A DNA stretch of 64,000 nt, from NCBI GenBank assembly GCA_977017575.1, contig CDRNVI010000029.1, positions 620,001 through 684,000 of the forward strand, written 5' to 3'. The translations under genes were made by a program, and so were the position numbers. How positions within the stretch are numbered: the first letter of the stretch is position 1; each line of letters begins with the position of its first letter. This document shows positions 32,001 through 44,277 of this stretch, piece by piece. Below the pieces are notes generated by a model. That model did not search any database, was not told the origin of the DNA, and saw only the letters and a list, made by a program, of their open reading frames with translations. Origin of the DNA: Paramoeba atlantica (Eukaryota > Protista > Discosea).

Positions 32001-32474
32001 ATGCGTTTCCCGCATTTTTAAATTTTTTTAAGAATATAAAAAAATCATGATTTTTCAAAGTGCAAAATTCTGCAGTTTTTTGAAAAAAATGCTTTTTTTT
32101 GTGAATTTGTCGACTCTTTTGATCCTAATACAGTACTATGCCCCAGAAAAGGTCATATTCGAATAATAAAATGGTGCAGAAGCGGAGTAAATTTTGTTAT
32201 TCGCCTCGTGGGCAACTTAAAGCATCTCACAGGATACTCTTGGTTGTTCTTGTATAATATTTATTATATTATATAATCTGCACTATACAAATCTGCACTG
32301 TAAGTGCATGACTATCAAAATATCCCCCCGGCTTGGGGTTCGTTCGTTGATTTCTCAATAAAAAAAAGTTCTAATCCATTAATTTTCCACGAACTTTGCG
32401 CTTGATTCTGAAGTAATTTTATGATAAAAAAAATACGCTATGAAAATTGTTCTTTATACTTTAAATACTGCTCG

Positions 32475-33740
32475 ATGGATTTGCGCGTAGCTGGACGATG
32501 GCGTCTGGGACGCAAAGTCGGTTCAGGTAGTTTTGGCGACATTTATCAAGGTACCAATTTAGAAAGCGGAGAGCCCGTCGCCATCAAACTCGAGCCATTA
32601 AAATCGCGGCACCCCCAATTACTGTATGAATCTCGAATATACAAAATTTTGCATCATAACACTTCCAGCGTGACAGCTCACCCTGTTGGGCCTGTCGGCA
32701 TACCGGAAGTTAAATGGTACGGCACTGAAGGGGACTACACTGTGATGATAATTGATCTTTTAGGTCCTTCTTTAGAGGATTTGTTTTCATTTTGTGGTCG
32801 AAAGTTCTCTTTAAAAACGACTTTAATGCTCGCAGATCAAATTCTGGCGCGCATGGAGTACATTCATGCCAAAAGTTTCTTGCACAGAGACATAAAACCT
32901 GACAACTTCCTCATGGGGACGGGAAAAAGAGGTCATATCGTGTACATCATTGATTTTGGGCTGGCAAAGAAGTATCGTGACCCTAGGACAAATCAGCACA
33001 TCCCTTATAGAGAAGGAAAAAATTTGACAGGTACAGCACGATACTGTAGCCTCTACACGCATCTTGGGGCTGAGCAGAGCCGCAGAGACGACCTTGAAGC
33101 AGTTGGGTATATCCTCCTCTATTTTTTGCGCGGATCCTTACCCTGGCAAGGGTTGAAAGCTACAACAAAGCAAGAAAAATATGATCGTATCTCAGAAAAG
33201 AAAATGTCAACCTCAGTTGACTCGTTGTGTAAGGGGTATCCGCCCGAACTTGCTGTTTACATGAACTATTGTCGTGCTCTTCGCTTCGAAGACAAACCGG
33301 ACTACAGTTACTTGCGAAAGCTATTTCGTGATCTATTTACTAAGGAAGGATATGAAACAGACTACGTTTTTGATTGGACGGTAAAACGAATTCAGGAAAG
33401 TCTCACAGCGAGTCCTGTCCTCGAAACCGATCGGGCAGGAAAAATCGAGAGTACTGTAGAGAAGAAAGAGTCGAAAGTTAATTTTGTCTGTGGTTCGCAC
33501 GAAGATGATGCGAAGTCCCCTGGACGAAAACCAGAAAATTGTCGTGTGGTTGCAGGCGATAACCGAGGTGCGATGCGCAAGGTAACGGAAGCAAAATCCT
33601 TGTCTCGTGGAACGGATCTCACGCGGAGCGCTCCTTTATGTTCTACTTCAGCTCAACCGCTCAATCGCGACACTGGTGCTGCTGATTATGTTAAGAAAAG
33701 GAGTTCACATATTGAAAGTGCATCTTTCAATACCAAATAG
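32475..33740 (+). CDS. CK1: Casein kinase 1
   Basis: [49 protein letters not shown]; likely start [12 protein letters not shown]. Confidence 0.97.
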   Translation: MDLRVAGRWRLGRKVGSGSFGDIYQGTNLESGEPVAIKLEPLKSRHPQLLYESRIYKILHHNTSSVTAHPVGPVGIPEVKWYGTEGDYTVMIIDLLGPSLEDLFSFCGRKFSLKTTLMLADQILARMEYIHAKSFLHRDIKPDNFLMGTGKRGHIVYIIDFGLAKKYRDPRTNQHIPYREGKNLTGTARYCSLYTHLGAEQSRRDDLEAVGYILLYFLRGSLPWQGLKATTKQEKYDRISEKKMSTSVDSLCKGYPPELAVYMNYCRALRFEDKPDYSYLRKLFRDLFTKEGYETDYVFDWTVKRIQESLTASPVLETDRAGKIESTVEKKESKVNFVCGSHEDDAKSPGRKPENCRVVAGDNRGAMRKVTEAKSLSRGTDLTRSAPLCSTSAQPLNRDTGAADYVKKRSSHIESASFNTK

Positions 33741-34347
33741 TTGCTTTGCAAGTATCATTTTCTATGTATTCTTGCACAAATTTTAGTTCTTTTAGTAGTT
33801 CTTCTAGTATTCTGCTTAAATACACTTCGATGAGTATAGATTCTGTTCGAGACTCTCGAATTTTATCTCTATTTTACTCTTCGCTATTCTTTAAACAAAA
33901 TTCTAAACAAAATTCTTTGATTAAGGGACAAAATCAGTTTTTACGTTTCTTTCCTCAATGCGTACTCACTCCATGTAACATACATACCAGTAGTACAATT
34001 GGTACGTACGCACCATGTAAACTCAATAAACAGCGGTAATTAACTTCATTTTTTCCTGTCCCGTCGGTCGGTACATGCATACATATTTTGTCATCTAAAG
34101 ATGTAGTGTTCACCTTTTACCCTACCACGCAACACAATTATCCAATATATTTCATGACACTCCCTAAACACCTTACTTCCTCCATTCTCTTCTCTCCTTT
34201 TTCAAATTTTCACCTCTAATTTTGTTTTTCCACCTCATCATCCCATTCTCCATAAAAACAACAACAACAACACCATTTTTATCCTTTAAGATTTTACCCT
34301 TTAAAACCAAATCTTCTTCCTCTTCTTCCCTTCCCCCCCTCCCTCCC

Positions 34348-36879
34348 ATGGTCAACTTCACCGTCGATGAGGTCCGCGACATCATGAACCGCTCCTCCCA
34401 GGTCCGCAACATGTCCGTCATCGCGCACGTCGACCACGGCAAGTCCACCCTCTCCGACTCCCTGGTCGCGGCCGCCGGGATCATCGCGGTACAGAAGGCC
34501 GGGGACGAGCGCCTGCTGGACACCCGGGAGGACGAGAAGAACCGCGGGATCACCATCAAGTCCACCGCGATCTCGATGTATTATCATGTGGAGAGCGCGG
34601 TCGTGGCGGATCTCCCCGACAAGCAGCGGGACTTCCTGGTGAATCTCATCGACTCCCCGGGGCACGTGGACTTCAGCTCGGAGGTGACCGCGGCGCTGCG
34701 GGTGACGGATGGGGCGCTGGTGGTGGTGGACTGCGTGGAGGGGGTGTGCGTGCAGACGGAGACGGTGCTGCGGCAGGCGCTGGCGGAGCGGATCCGGCCG
34801 GTGGTGATGGTGAATAAGGTGGACCGGGCGCTGCTGGAGCTGCAGCTGGACCCGGAGGAGGCGTACCAGGGGTTTTGTAAGACGCTGCAGAATGTGAATG
34901 TGGTGATTGCGACGTACAATGACCCGGTGATGGGGGATTTGCAGGTGTACCCGGAGAAGGGGACGGTGGCGTTTGGGAGTGGGTTGATGTCGTGGGCGTT
35001 TACGTTGCCGCAGTTTGCGAAGATGTACGCCACGAAGTTTGGGGTGCCGGAGGAGAAGATGGTGGAACGGCTCTGGGGGGACACGTTTTTTGACGCGAAG
35101 AATAAGTGCTGGGTGAAGTCCGCCGAGGGCGCGAACGGTCGTCTGAAGCGAGCGTTCTGTCAGTTCTGTCTGGACCCGATCTACCAACTGTTCGACGCCG
35201 TGATGAACGAGAAGAAGGAAAAGGTGGAGAAGATGCTCACTTCGTTGCAGATTCATCTCACCAACCAAGAGCGTGAACAGTCCCCGAAGCGGGTGTTGAA
35301 GACCGTGATGCAGAAGTTTCTCCCCGCCGCCGATGCGCTGTTGCAAATGATTGTCCTGCAGCTTCCCTCCCCCGCGAAAGCCCAGAGATACCGTGGTGAG
35401 ATGCTCTACAACGGCCCCACCGACGACAAGTACTGTCAATCCATCCAAAACTGCAACCCCGAAGGGCCTCTGGTGCTGTACATTAGCAAGATGGTCCCCA
35501 CCGCGGACAAAGGGCGGTTCTTTGCCTTCGGCCGTGTGTTCTCCGGCAGAGTTCGCACCGGACAGAAATGCCGCATCATGGGTCCCAACTACGTCCCCGG
35601 CACCAAAAAGGATTTGTACGAGAAGAAAGCCATCCAGCGTACTGTCCTTATGATGGGGCGCTACCAGGAATCCATTGAGGACATTCCCTGTGGTAACGTC
35701 GTCGGGCTTGTCGGGGTGGATCAGTTTATTGTCAAAACCGCCACCATCACGGATGAGGAGGAGGACGGCTGCTACCCGCTCAAGGACATGAAGTACAGCG
35801 TCTCCCCCGTCGTCCGGGTCGCCGTGCAAGCCACCGATGCCGCAGATCTCCCCAAACTCGTCGAAGGTCTGAAACGTCTCGCCAAGTCCGACCCCGTCGT
35901 GCAGTGCTCCATCGAGGAGTCCGGAGAGCACATTATCGCAGGAGCCGGGGAGCTTCATTTGGAAATTTGTCTTAAAGATCTCCAGGAGGATTTCATGAAC
36001 GGTGCGAAGCTGAAGATCTCCGAGCCTGTGGTGTCCTATCGTGAAACTATCACCGAGCCCTCCCGGATTCAGTGCATGTCGAAGAGCCCAAACAAACACA
36101 ACCGGCTGTTCTGTAAAGGGGTACCGCTGGGAGATGAGCTCTGTGCGGATATCGAGGACGGCAAGGCAGGCGCGGATGCAGATATGAAACTCCGAGGCAA
36201 GCTGCTGGTCGAGAAGTACGACTGGGATGCCACGGACACCAAAAAGATCTGGTGCTACGGCCCCGAGGGGAGTGGACCGAATGTGGTCGTGGATGTAACC
36301 AAGGGGGTCCAAAACATGCATGAGTTAAAGGACTCGTGTAACGCCGCGTGGCAGTGGGCCACCAAGGAGGGGGTGATGTGCGGGGAGAACATGCGAGGAG
36401 TGCGGATCAATATCGAGGATGTCACGATGCACGCCGATGCGATTCACCGTGGTGGGGGACAGATTATCCCAACGGCCCGCCGGGTGTACTATGCGTGTTG
36501 TTTGACCGGGGAACCGCGGTTGATGGAGCCTGTGTTTCTGCTGGATATCCAGACCATTGAGACTGCGATGGGAGGGATCTACGGCGTACTCAACCGCCGT
36601 CGTGGGATTATGATTGGTGAGGAGAACCGTCCCGGGACCCCGATCTACAACGTCAAGGCGTACATCCCGGTCGCAGAGTCCTTTGGGCTCACGGCAGATT
36701 TGCGTGCAAACACCGCAGGGCAAGCCTTCCCGCAGTGCTGCTTTGACCACTGGCAGGTGTTCCCCGGGAACCCGCTGGAGGCAAACACGATGGCCGCAAC
36801 CACCGTCGCTGCCATTCGCAAGCGTAAGGGTTTGAAGCAAGAGATTCCCGACCTCAACGAGTACTTGGATAAGCTGTAA
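34348..36879 (+). CDS. eEF2: Translation elongation factor 2 (843 aa)
   Basis: [41 protein letters not shown], and diphthamide loop [11 protein letters not shown]. Confidence 0.99.
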   Translation: MVNFTVDEVRDIMNRSSQVRNMSVIAHVDHGKSTLSDSLVAAAGIIAVQKAGDERLLDTREDEKNRGITIKSTAISMYYHVESAVVADLPDKQRDFLVNLIDSPGHVDFSSEVTAALRVTDGALVVVDCVEGVCVQTETVLRQALAERIRPVVMVNKVDRALLELQLDPEEAYQGFCKTLQNVNVVIATYNDPVMGDLQVYPEKGTVAFGSGLMSWAFTLPQFAKMYATKFGVPEEKMVERLWGDTFFDAKNKCWVKSAEGANGRLKRAFCQFCLDPIYQLFDAVMNEKKEKVEKMLTSLQIHLTNQEREQSPKRVLKTVMQKFLPAADALLQMIVLQLPSPAKAQRYRGEMLYNGPTDDKYCQSIQNCNPEGPLVLYISKMVPTADKGRFFAFGRVFSGRVRTGQKCRIMGPNYVPGTKKDLYEKKAIQRTVLMMGRYQESIEDIPCGNVVGLVGVDQFIVKTATITDEEEDGCYPLKDMKYSVSPVVRVAVQATDAADLPKLVEGLKRLAKSDPVVQCSIEESGEHIIAGAGELHLEICLKDLQEDFMNGAKLKISEPVVSYRETITEPSRIQCMSKSPNKHNRLFCKGVPLGDELCADIEDGKAGADADMKLRGKLLVEKYDWDATDTKKIWCYGPEGSGPNVVVDVTKGVQNMHELKDSCNAAWQWATKEGVMCGENMRGVRINIEDVTMHADAIHRGGGQIIPTARRVYYACCLTGEPRLMEPVFLLDIQTIETAMGGIYGVLNRRRGIMIGEENRPGTPIYNVKAYIPVAESFGLTADLRANTAGQAFPQCCFDHWQVFPGNPLEANTMAATTVAAIRKRKGLKQEIPDLNEYLDKL

Positions 36880-37417
36880 GTGGGGTACTCGTTGTGCTGG
36901 GGTCTTGGTATCCGATGGAAAGAGGATAAATTGGTTGATACTCTGCTTTTTATTACTGAACTTGAATTTGTATTTTGAGAATGCGCATCGAAGGATGCTA
37001 AATATAGAGGGCGTAATTAATCCTGTTGAAGTTTTTTTGATTTATCATGCGCTTTTATTCCATTTATTTTTTGGCAAAATAGGCTAGTACTTAAACAGTT
37101 TTCAGACATGTATTGTGATCGATGGGCTACTTAATGAACGTTAATGAAAGTATTCGGAATCTATTTACTTACCTTTAGCTCATATTTTCGATGGTTCCAT
37201 ACGTCTATTCAGATTCTCTTAAACGAAGTTAGTGATATACAGTGTATCTATCTAGTAGGGGAACTTGGTACCCAAGGTTCCGTTATCTTTTGCTACATAT
37301 TCCTATGATTTTCAATAAAAAGGCTAGTCGAGTTTTTTCCACGTATGTTTTCTCTAGATATGTAGACCCGAGCGACCCAGTTTCGCAAAACTTGAGAACT
37401 TAACGAAAAAATACAGC

Positions 37418-40400
37418 ATGCCACCTAAGTCCGCTTACGCGCTGCGAGCAAGGATTTGGTCTCCCGGAAAAATTTTCTCTGTATCGAATTCTTTAGTCGT
37501 CTCAAGGCTCACAAGCGGGTGCTTCACATTTTCATTGAGGAATATCAAAGACGCGATTCGGAGGGGTGAACAAACAAAAAACGAATTTTCAGTTCTGGTT
37601 TCCGAAAAAATTGTGCTCTTTTCCTTTCCTCCTGAACACCATTTCGTACCCGCTGAGTATTCATCCCATAGTCCATGTCCGCAAAAAAGACCAACCGCTA
37701 CACCAACCCGTCCTCTATCCCCAATCCCATCCTCCTCCCCCCACCCACTCCCTCACCACCCCCGCAATTCTTACCTCTTCTCCCAGACCCGCTCCTACGC
37801 TACAACCCCCACCGCTTCTCATCTCTCCTCAAACCCTCATTCTACTAGTATTTCTATTTCTTCGAATTCTTCTTCTTCTAATCCTTCGAAATCTTCCTCT
37901 TCCTCCCCCTCCACCTCCCGTACCGCGACCGATCCCTCCCACCCCTGCCACTTCGCTCTCCACAAAATCTCCTGGCACGTGATGACGGGGAAAACGAAAT
38001 GCTTCGTCGACAGCCTACTCCCCCACGCCCCCCACCTCCTTACCCCCCAGGAGACGCAGCAGATCGAAAGAGACTACGGCAGTCTCCTCGAGTTTCTACA
38101 AAAACATGAAAAGTTTTTTGTGTTGAAACAAGAAGCAGCGGGGGAGGGGGAGAAGGGGGGAACCGCCCACACAACAACGACAACAACAACAACAACAACA
38201 GAGGAAACCTCCTGTGGGGGAAATGAACGAAAAGGTCGACGACTGCCCTCAAATTTGTCGTTTATTCATTTCGCACAGCTCCCGAGTACACAAAAAGAAC
38301 ACAGGGGTTCGAATGGAACCAAAGAGAGTGAAAAACCACAACCCGCACAGCGTTGGGTCGTGACCCATAGGGTAACGCGGGAGTTACTGGGTCATCTGCA
38401 GCATGCAGCGGTGTCGACACTGATGGCTCGAGGGGGTGGGAAGACCCCGTTGAATGTGTCTGTACTTGCGGGGTATATGCCCCGGGAGGTACGCTCGTTT
38501 GCCACAGGTTGTGGGTGTCCCAGCTTTGGGGATTTCCTGAAACGGTATTTTCCGCATTTGATGTCGGTACATGTTTCCGCGGTGAAGACGATGATCACGG
38601 TGGATCTAGCGAAATCATGTGTGTGTCCTTTCAGGGGTAAAGCGGAAGTTCCTTCTTTGGAAATGATGCGGCGCAACTTCGTGCTGAGTATGTCCGAAAG
38701 CGAACGAGGTGAACGACTGGCGAAGAGTGTAAACAGGGAGACACAAAAAATAGAACACGAATCACGTGTGTTGAAGACCGCACATGGGAAAAATTATGTA
38801 CCTGTGTTAGGAGTTGTAGCAGACCTTATCTATGAAGTTCTCCCAGAGGATGGCACACAGATCGACATGGATTTAGAGATCAAACCTCAGCTTCCTGTGA
38901 CCTACAAGATGATTCCTCAATTAGGCAAAAAGCTTGCCTCATGTGAATTCCCAAAGCTTTCCATTAGTCTAAATGACGGTCGATACCATTTTGGCCGAAG
39001 GATGAACAAGGACAATTCACTTATAAAGGACAAGAACGGAAAGGCGTTCCCTATGGTCGATATTCTGACAACAACATCCGTCAAATGTAATTTGGATGAC
39101 GCTTCTGTAGTCACGCTGCCAAGTAGCGCTATCTCGAACCTGGTCGACCAAATGGTACCTCTTCTCCCATCTGACGGTTCGGAAGTACGCATCGATGATC
39201 CCATGTTTAAAGACATTTTCGGTGTCGGGGCTCCCATTCTGGGTCTATCTAAAAAGATATTCAAATTAAATCACAAAAAAATCTATACTCGGTACATTGG
39301 GACGCAATACTACGTAAAACTTCGACCTGAGGCTGTGGACCAAGATTTAGCCAATGAACGAAAGGCGCTGGACATTGCCTTTTGGAATGCCGGGCTCTAC
39401 CTTGAGCGCTCTCCGCTTCCGATGGAAACGCATCAAGCATTTCGAACACTACGGGATGCGCTTCCCGCGGACGGGACTGCGCTGGAGCTCGAGGAGGCAA
39501 AAGCCTTACTCCCACATCTGGCGCCCTGCTGGCCCGCTGGTATGGCCAAAAAGCTCAACGCGGAGAAGGGAATTAAAGTCACCCAGGATGCCGCAAATGG
39601 ACTGCACTACGTCGCTCGCTCGGATGTGTACGACGGCAGTGAGAGTCTTCTCCAATCTGTGGTCTCGAGCCTGAACGAACCAAAGGTTTCCTCTTCCCCC
39701 GATACAATGAAGGGACTCACTCCGGACTATACGGGTTTGAATCTTGATCTCACGGGGGCGTTTGAGAAATTGTGGAATATTGTGCCTACAACTTGGGTCG
39801 GGACGGACTATTTGATGCCCTACCTAAAAGGAACATTCGCAGATCTCAGCTCCCGACGTATTTTGCTACGTATTGCTGTGGAATTTTCAGATTACTTTGA
39901 GTTTAGCGTTGGGCACGCAAAAATGAATCTCCTTTTACGGGAAGAGCGTTTTGACATGTATAAAGTCCCTTTTGAGCCTGTTATACGAAGACGAGTGCGC
40001 ATCTCGCCGGAGGCCATTCCTGTGTCTGTCCTATTGTCTTCCACGTCCGGGGAGAAGCCGTCCAAGGAACCTGAATTAGGCGTTTCATCCGAGCCGGATT
40101 TCGCGGAAGAATGTGGTGAGCCGATTCGAAATACGAAGCCTAGAAAGAAAGAAAAGTCTTTTCATAAAGTAGAGAAACCGAATTCGTTAGAACCAGAGGA
40201 CAAAGACACCCACTCGACTCCACCATCCGTACTCCCTAAGGAAGGCGAAAAATCCGCCAGCGCTAAGGCCAGTGCCACAGACGACAGTACTGTGGACAAA
40301 GAAGCAGAGGAGGAGGAGGACGAAGAAGAAGACGTGGATCTTGACGAATACGTCTTCCCTGAGTTCTCCCGCAAGTCACCGATTCAAGAGCTCACATCTG

Positions 40401-42982
40401 ACTTTGTCCTGCGCCTTGCCTTTGCCACCCCTTCCCACCTCACCCCGATTCCTCGCATCGTGGGAGGATTCCCCCCGGGCCTGCGGGAGGACTTGGTCAA
40501 GCACCGGGCCTACTTCGACGCGATCGCACGAAAATGTCCTTCCCTGTTTCAATATTTAGATCAATCTCCGGTGGATGATAAGGCAGACGGAAAGAGCGAC
40601 AATGTGCGAGTAGGAAACGCGTCTACAGGGCTTGTGCGAAGTTTCGTACATGATCTCGCGGCATCTCCAGGCTCATCTTCCCAACCAACTCCCAAGGAAC
40701 GCGAGGGAGAGGAATCTGTTCTTCTGCGGCTGCTCATCAACGTGGTACGGGAACTCAGCGGCCGTGCCGGGGGCTGTGCCGTCGAGGACATCTCACTGGC
40801 TCTAAGCCCTGAGGAGCTGAATCGCATGCCACAGAAGGACGTGGAGGGTATGCTCACCGCCCACCCCGATATTTTTGAGATCAGCGACGACGGGTCGCTG
40901 GTCTCTGTGCGAGCAGAAAAAGAACGCCTGCGTACGCTGTTCTCCTCCAGGAATGAGAAGCGGTCGAGGGGTCGTAGGAACCGCCACGGGGTCATGGTGC
41001 AAATCGACACCCATCGGGGCAGAAAACGCCGCACGGTGGCTCAAATGGTCACCCTCTCCGATGAGCTCCCCGAGGGGGGCATGTCCGAGGCCGAGATCAC
41101 CGCCGCCGCCCAATCCTTCGCCGCCTCCCACCCCACCCTCGTCCACGACCTCCACGAGCAACTCCTCAGCACCCATCACCCCCTCTCCCGGGACCAAATC
41201 ACCGCCCTCCTCTTCTACACCACCGACGCCTCCCTGAGCTGGAAACGGGAAAAACGTCTCCTCGAGCGCATCCGCTCCCTCAACACCACCACCAACACCT
41301 ACAACGACGAGCGCTCCCTGATCCAACACATCGTCGACAGCCTCCCCGCCATCGGGGAGGTCAAAGTCAGCACCCTGGTCCACGCCCTGCTCGACCACGC
41401 CGCCCTCCAGGTCCTCCCCCCCTCCCTGCGGGACCTCTTCGACGCCTACCACGACCTCCTGGCCTACCGCGTCGACGACACCGGCATGTGGGTCAGCCGG
41501 CCTCAACAAACCCAGGGGGTCCTCCCCGAGGGCCACACCAGTGCCTACCAGCGGGAGGACCCCAGCCGGGCCCGCAGACACCACGCCCGGGTCGCCACGA
41601 GCACCGCGACGGCCGCGCTCGACCCCATGGCCTTCCCCTTCCCCCTGCCGCGGGTGGGGGATGAGGAAAAGGTCCTGGCGTTCGCGATCCCCCCGTTCTC
41701 GATGCTCGGGGATGAGGCGGTGAGGTTCCAGCTGCCGCAGACGCTGCGGTACCTGGGGCAGGAGGGGCTGGTGCGACGGTACAGGGGGGTGCTGGAGACG
41801 ATGCCGGGGAAGAAGGTACGGTGGCCGTACGTGTGTCGGCGCACGGAGGTGGAGATGGAGGGGGGGGGCGCAGAGGAGGCGGAACAGGGTCAAAAAGAGT
41901 TTCGAAAAGGAGAGAGCCCCGTGGATAAACAAGTGGAACGACGGTGGGTGACCCAGATGATACGGTTGTTGCCGAAGGAGGGGAAACCACGGCGGCTGGA
42001 GGAGATTCGGGGACGGGTACAGCCGGATTTAAGGGCGCAGGTCCCGGAGAGTGCGGAGGTGGGGATTTTACAGCGCTACCCGAGCTATGTCAATGTGGAG
42101 GTGACGAATCTGGGTGGGGGAGGGGGGCGAAGTTTTTTGGGCAGCCCCGAGAGGAGGGAGAGCTCAAATGCAGGAATAACAAAGGAGATGGCCCCAAGCG
42201 ACCCGTCGTGTATTGTTCGTTTGCGGCGGTCGTTTCGGTTGGTCGCGTTAGGGGAGGCCCGGAGGAATTGGGCTGTGGTGATGTACGCCCTGGTCGCGCT
42301 GAATGTGAAACATGTGCAACACAACGAGGCACGGAAGTCCGAAAGGGACATTCCCGCAGAGAAAAATGCACTCGAAAAAGTGTACGTGCCTGAGGTCACG
42401 TTTGAGGAGTTCTACACTAACACACTGCCCCCGAACATGAAGCAGGTACTTCGACGGGAGGAGATATTGGATCTGTTGGAGCGATGTGTGTACGTGGAGC
42501 TGTGTGACGCTTCGGGTTCGGGTCCCGCGGACGTGCAGAAACGTTTGCCCGCCGTCATCGGGTCGCGCTCCATGGCAGGGAGTAATAAAGTCATCCGGGA
42601 ACGTGCGTGCTATAGAGCGAGAATGAATAATGAAGCAGGAGACGGCACGGAGGTCGCCGATGGGGAAAAGGTACCCGGGGCCCCCCAACGTGTAGACGAG
42701 GTGGCGCTTACGGAGGCAGTTGAGGCGGTGCGGAAGCTTACCTTCAACGATACCACCGGTAAAATTTTTGCAGATCTTTCCATGGTCGGGAATCTCCTCC
42801 ACCCTTCCCATTTGCTTATGATACGTTCCTTGCATGAGACGTCGGCGAAGTTTTTCGTATCCTATCCGGATGTATTCGAAGTGCATAAAATCAGAACGGG
42901 GATACACGGCGTCCGTCTGATTGATCCTAAAAATCTTGACTCCCGACGCGGCCTGCGCTCGAATCAGGCTTCTACGATATGA
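37418..42982 (+). CDS. Large protein with repeated winged-helix/LOTUS-like modules, probably mitochondrial
   Basis: 1854-codon ORF with recurring F/L-xx-F/L-L-xxx-P-xx-F motifs and an RSY|AT presequence-like site; the start codon is uncertain. Confidence 0.7.
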   Translation: MPPKSAYALRARIWSPGKIFSVSNSLVVSRLTSGCFTFSLRNIKDAIRRGEQTKNEFSVLVSEKIVLFSFPPEHHFVPAEYSSHSPCPQKRPTATPTRPLSPIPSSSPHPLPHHPRNSYLFSQTRSYATTPTASHLSSNPHSTSISISSNSSSSNPSKSSSSSPSTSRTATDPSHPCHFALHKISWHVMTGKTKCFVDSLLPHAPHLLTPQETQQIERDYGSLLEFLQKHEKFFVLKQEAAGEGEKGGTAHTTTTTTTTTTEETSCGGNERKGRRLPSNLSFIHFAQLPSTQKEHRGSNGTKESEKPQPAQRWVVTHRVTRELLGHLQHAAVSTLMARGGGKTPLNVSVLAGYMPREVRSFATGCGCPSFGDFLKRYFPHLMSVHVSAVKTMITVDLAKSCVCPFRGKAEVPSLEMMRRNFVLSMSESERGERLAKSVNRETQKIEHESRVLKTAHGKNYVPVLGVVADLIYEVLPEDGTQIDMDLEIKPQLPVTYKMIPQLGKKLASCEFPKLSISLNDGRYHFGRRMNKDNSLIKDKNGKAFPMVDILTTTSVKCNLDDASVVTLPSSAISNLVDQMVPLLPSDGSEVRIDDPMFKDIFGVGAPILGLSKKIFKLNHKKIYTRYIGTQYYVKLRPEAVDQDLANERKALDIAFWNAGLYLERSPLPMETHQAFRTLRDALPADGTALELEEAKALLPHLAPCWPAGMAKKLNAEKGIKVTQDAANGLHYVARSDVYDGSESLLQSVVSSLNEPKVSSSPDTMKGLTPDYTGLNLDLTGAFEKLWNIVPTTWVGTDYLMPYLKGTFADLSSRRILLRIAVEFSDYFEFSVGHAKMNLLLREERFDMYKVPFEPVIRRRVRISPEAIPVSVLLSSTSGEKPSKEPELGVSSEPDFAEECGEPIRNTKPRKKEKSFHKVEKPNSLEPEDKDTHSTPPSVLPKEGEKSASAKASATDDSTVDKEAEEEEDEEEDVDLDEYVFPEFSRKSPIQELTSDFVLRLAFATPSHLTPIPRIVGGFPPGLREDLVKHRAYFDAIARKCPSLFQYLDQSPVDDKADGKSDNVRVGNASTGLVRSFVHDLAASPGSSSQPTPKEREGEESVLLRLLINVVRELSGRAGGCAVEDISLALSPEELNRMPQKDVEGMLTAHPDIFEISDDGSLVSVRAEKERLRTLFSSRNEKRSRGRRNRHGVMVQIDTHRGRKRRTVAQMVTLSDELPEGGMSEAEITAAAQSFAASHPTLVHDLHEQLLSTHHPLSRDQITALLFYTTDASLSWKREKRLLERIRSLNTTTNTYNDERSLIQHIVDSLPAIGEVKVSTLVHALLDHAALQVLPPSLRDLFDAYHDLLAYRVDDTGMWVSRPQQTQGVLPEGHTSAYQREDPSRARRHHARVATSTATAALDPMAFPFPLPRVGDEEKVLAFAIPPFSMLGDEAVRFQLPQTLRYLGQEGLVRRYRGVLETMPGKKVRWPYVCRRTEVEMEGGGAEEAEQGQKEFRKGESPVDKQVERRWVTQMIRLLPKEGKPRRLEEIRGRVQPDLRAQVPESAEVGILQRYPSYVNVEVTNLGGGGGRSFLGSPERRESSNAGITKEMAPSDPSCIVRLRRSFRLVALGEARRNWAVVMYALVALNVKHVQHNEARKSERDIPAEKNALEKVYVPEVTFEEFYTNTLPPNMKQVLRREEILDLLERCVYVELCDASGSGPADVQKRLPAVIGSRSMAGSNKVIRERACYRARMNNEAGDGTEVADGEKVPGAPQRVDEVALTEAVEAVRKLTFNDTTGKIFADLSMVGNLLHPSHLLMIRSLHETSAKFFVSYPDVFEVHKIRTGIHGVRLIDPKNLDSRRGLRSNQASTI

Positions 42983-44277
42983 CGATCGGGGCTTCAAAGT
43001 GGTATGTCCTATAGCGAACGAGCCTCTTAAAAAATGGTTGATGCCATCTTAATATGTGATTGCACCATTTTATATAAACAACGTTTAACCGCATTAATGT
43101 TTAGAAGTTTTGGGTGGTATGCCTTTTATAGGTGCACAGTTTAAAACAAAGGGGATTCTGTGTATCTGTTTACATGGGTGTCCATTTCACTGCTTCGCAG
43201 TAGAAGACCTAAAAAACTTTTTATTTTCCCCACATTTCTTTGAATGAACACTAAAGACATTCCTTCGGGGGAGGTTATCGAGCCATCGGAAAATAGGGCA
43301 CCCACGATAAGTGCTCAGAAGGCACGAAAGATTGCACGAATATTTGATGAGTATCTTGGTTTTCTGATTGCACGTTTCAAGCAGAATCCTCAGCAAGAAA
43401 ATTCGGAGGTTTTTGTCCTACGAACCTTGCACGAGTGGTCTTCCAAAAAGTTGGAATCTTCTAGGAAAAATGTGCAACTGAAATCTATTCCTTAGCGTTT
43501 GCTCATACGTTTTCGTTTTTATATGGCTCCGGGAAAACTTGTTTGGCCTGTTCTATTGACGTATATCACGTGTTTTCCTGTGGGTAGATTTCCACTCTTT
43601 TGTACATTCAACCCCCCGATTCGAATACATGTACTTTGTATTCAAACCGCACGTTAAACATTTCGTTGAATTCTGCACAAAAAATGTTGATAATCTATTC
43701 GAGATCGCTTTTAGTTTCTGGCACCGCACCTGCATCAATGCGAATCCGCCTAAAAATGTGAAACGTCGCATTACCGACGGGAAATAGTTTCTACTGGAAA
43801 CACTTCAGTCTCCAAACACATGTTTGGAGAAGTCTTTGAGAGAAACAATTCTTTCTTTTTCTTTCTTTGTACTTTGTTTCAACCAAGAAGTTTTTAATAT
43901 TGTTTAAAAAAATGCTTTTTTCATCTTCTGTTTTGTTAAATTCTATAAAAATCTTCCTACTACATATTTAAAATGAAAATGCAACGTCCCGTAAAAATAC
44001 ACAATACACTTCGAACCATATAACAAAACCAAACCCCATACCATTCCCACCATAACACTCATCTCCCTACACCTTTCCATTCATACCCAACACCTATATT
44101 ATTATACCCTTCACCTTTCCATTCCCACCCAACCTCACCTCTACCCCTATCACCTTTTTCTCCTTATTATTATTTAATTTATATTATTATTAATTATAGG
44201 AATAATTAAAATTTATTTCATTTTTATTTCCTTATCCACCCTATCTCCTTTTTCTCTTTTTCCCTCTCTCTCCCCCC

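Noticed and set aside
34222-34347. N-terminal extensions of eEF2 (also CK1 32421, ECI 46112, NAP 54389)
   Set aside because: Homology begins at downstream ATGs; the extensions translate pyrimidine-rich leader sequence.
34294-36321. 675-aa antisense ORF (and similar ones at 40802-41932, 44224-45084, 47357-47842)
   Set aside because: Shadow ORFs opposite GC-rich, codon-biased genes; no recognisable domains.
43244-43495. 83-aa small ORF in the gene cluster
   Set aside because: Right strand and plausible composition, but no motif or other support; left uncalled.
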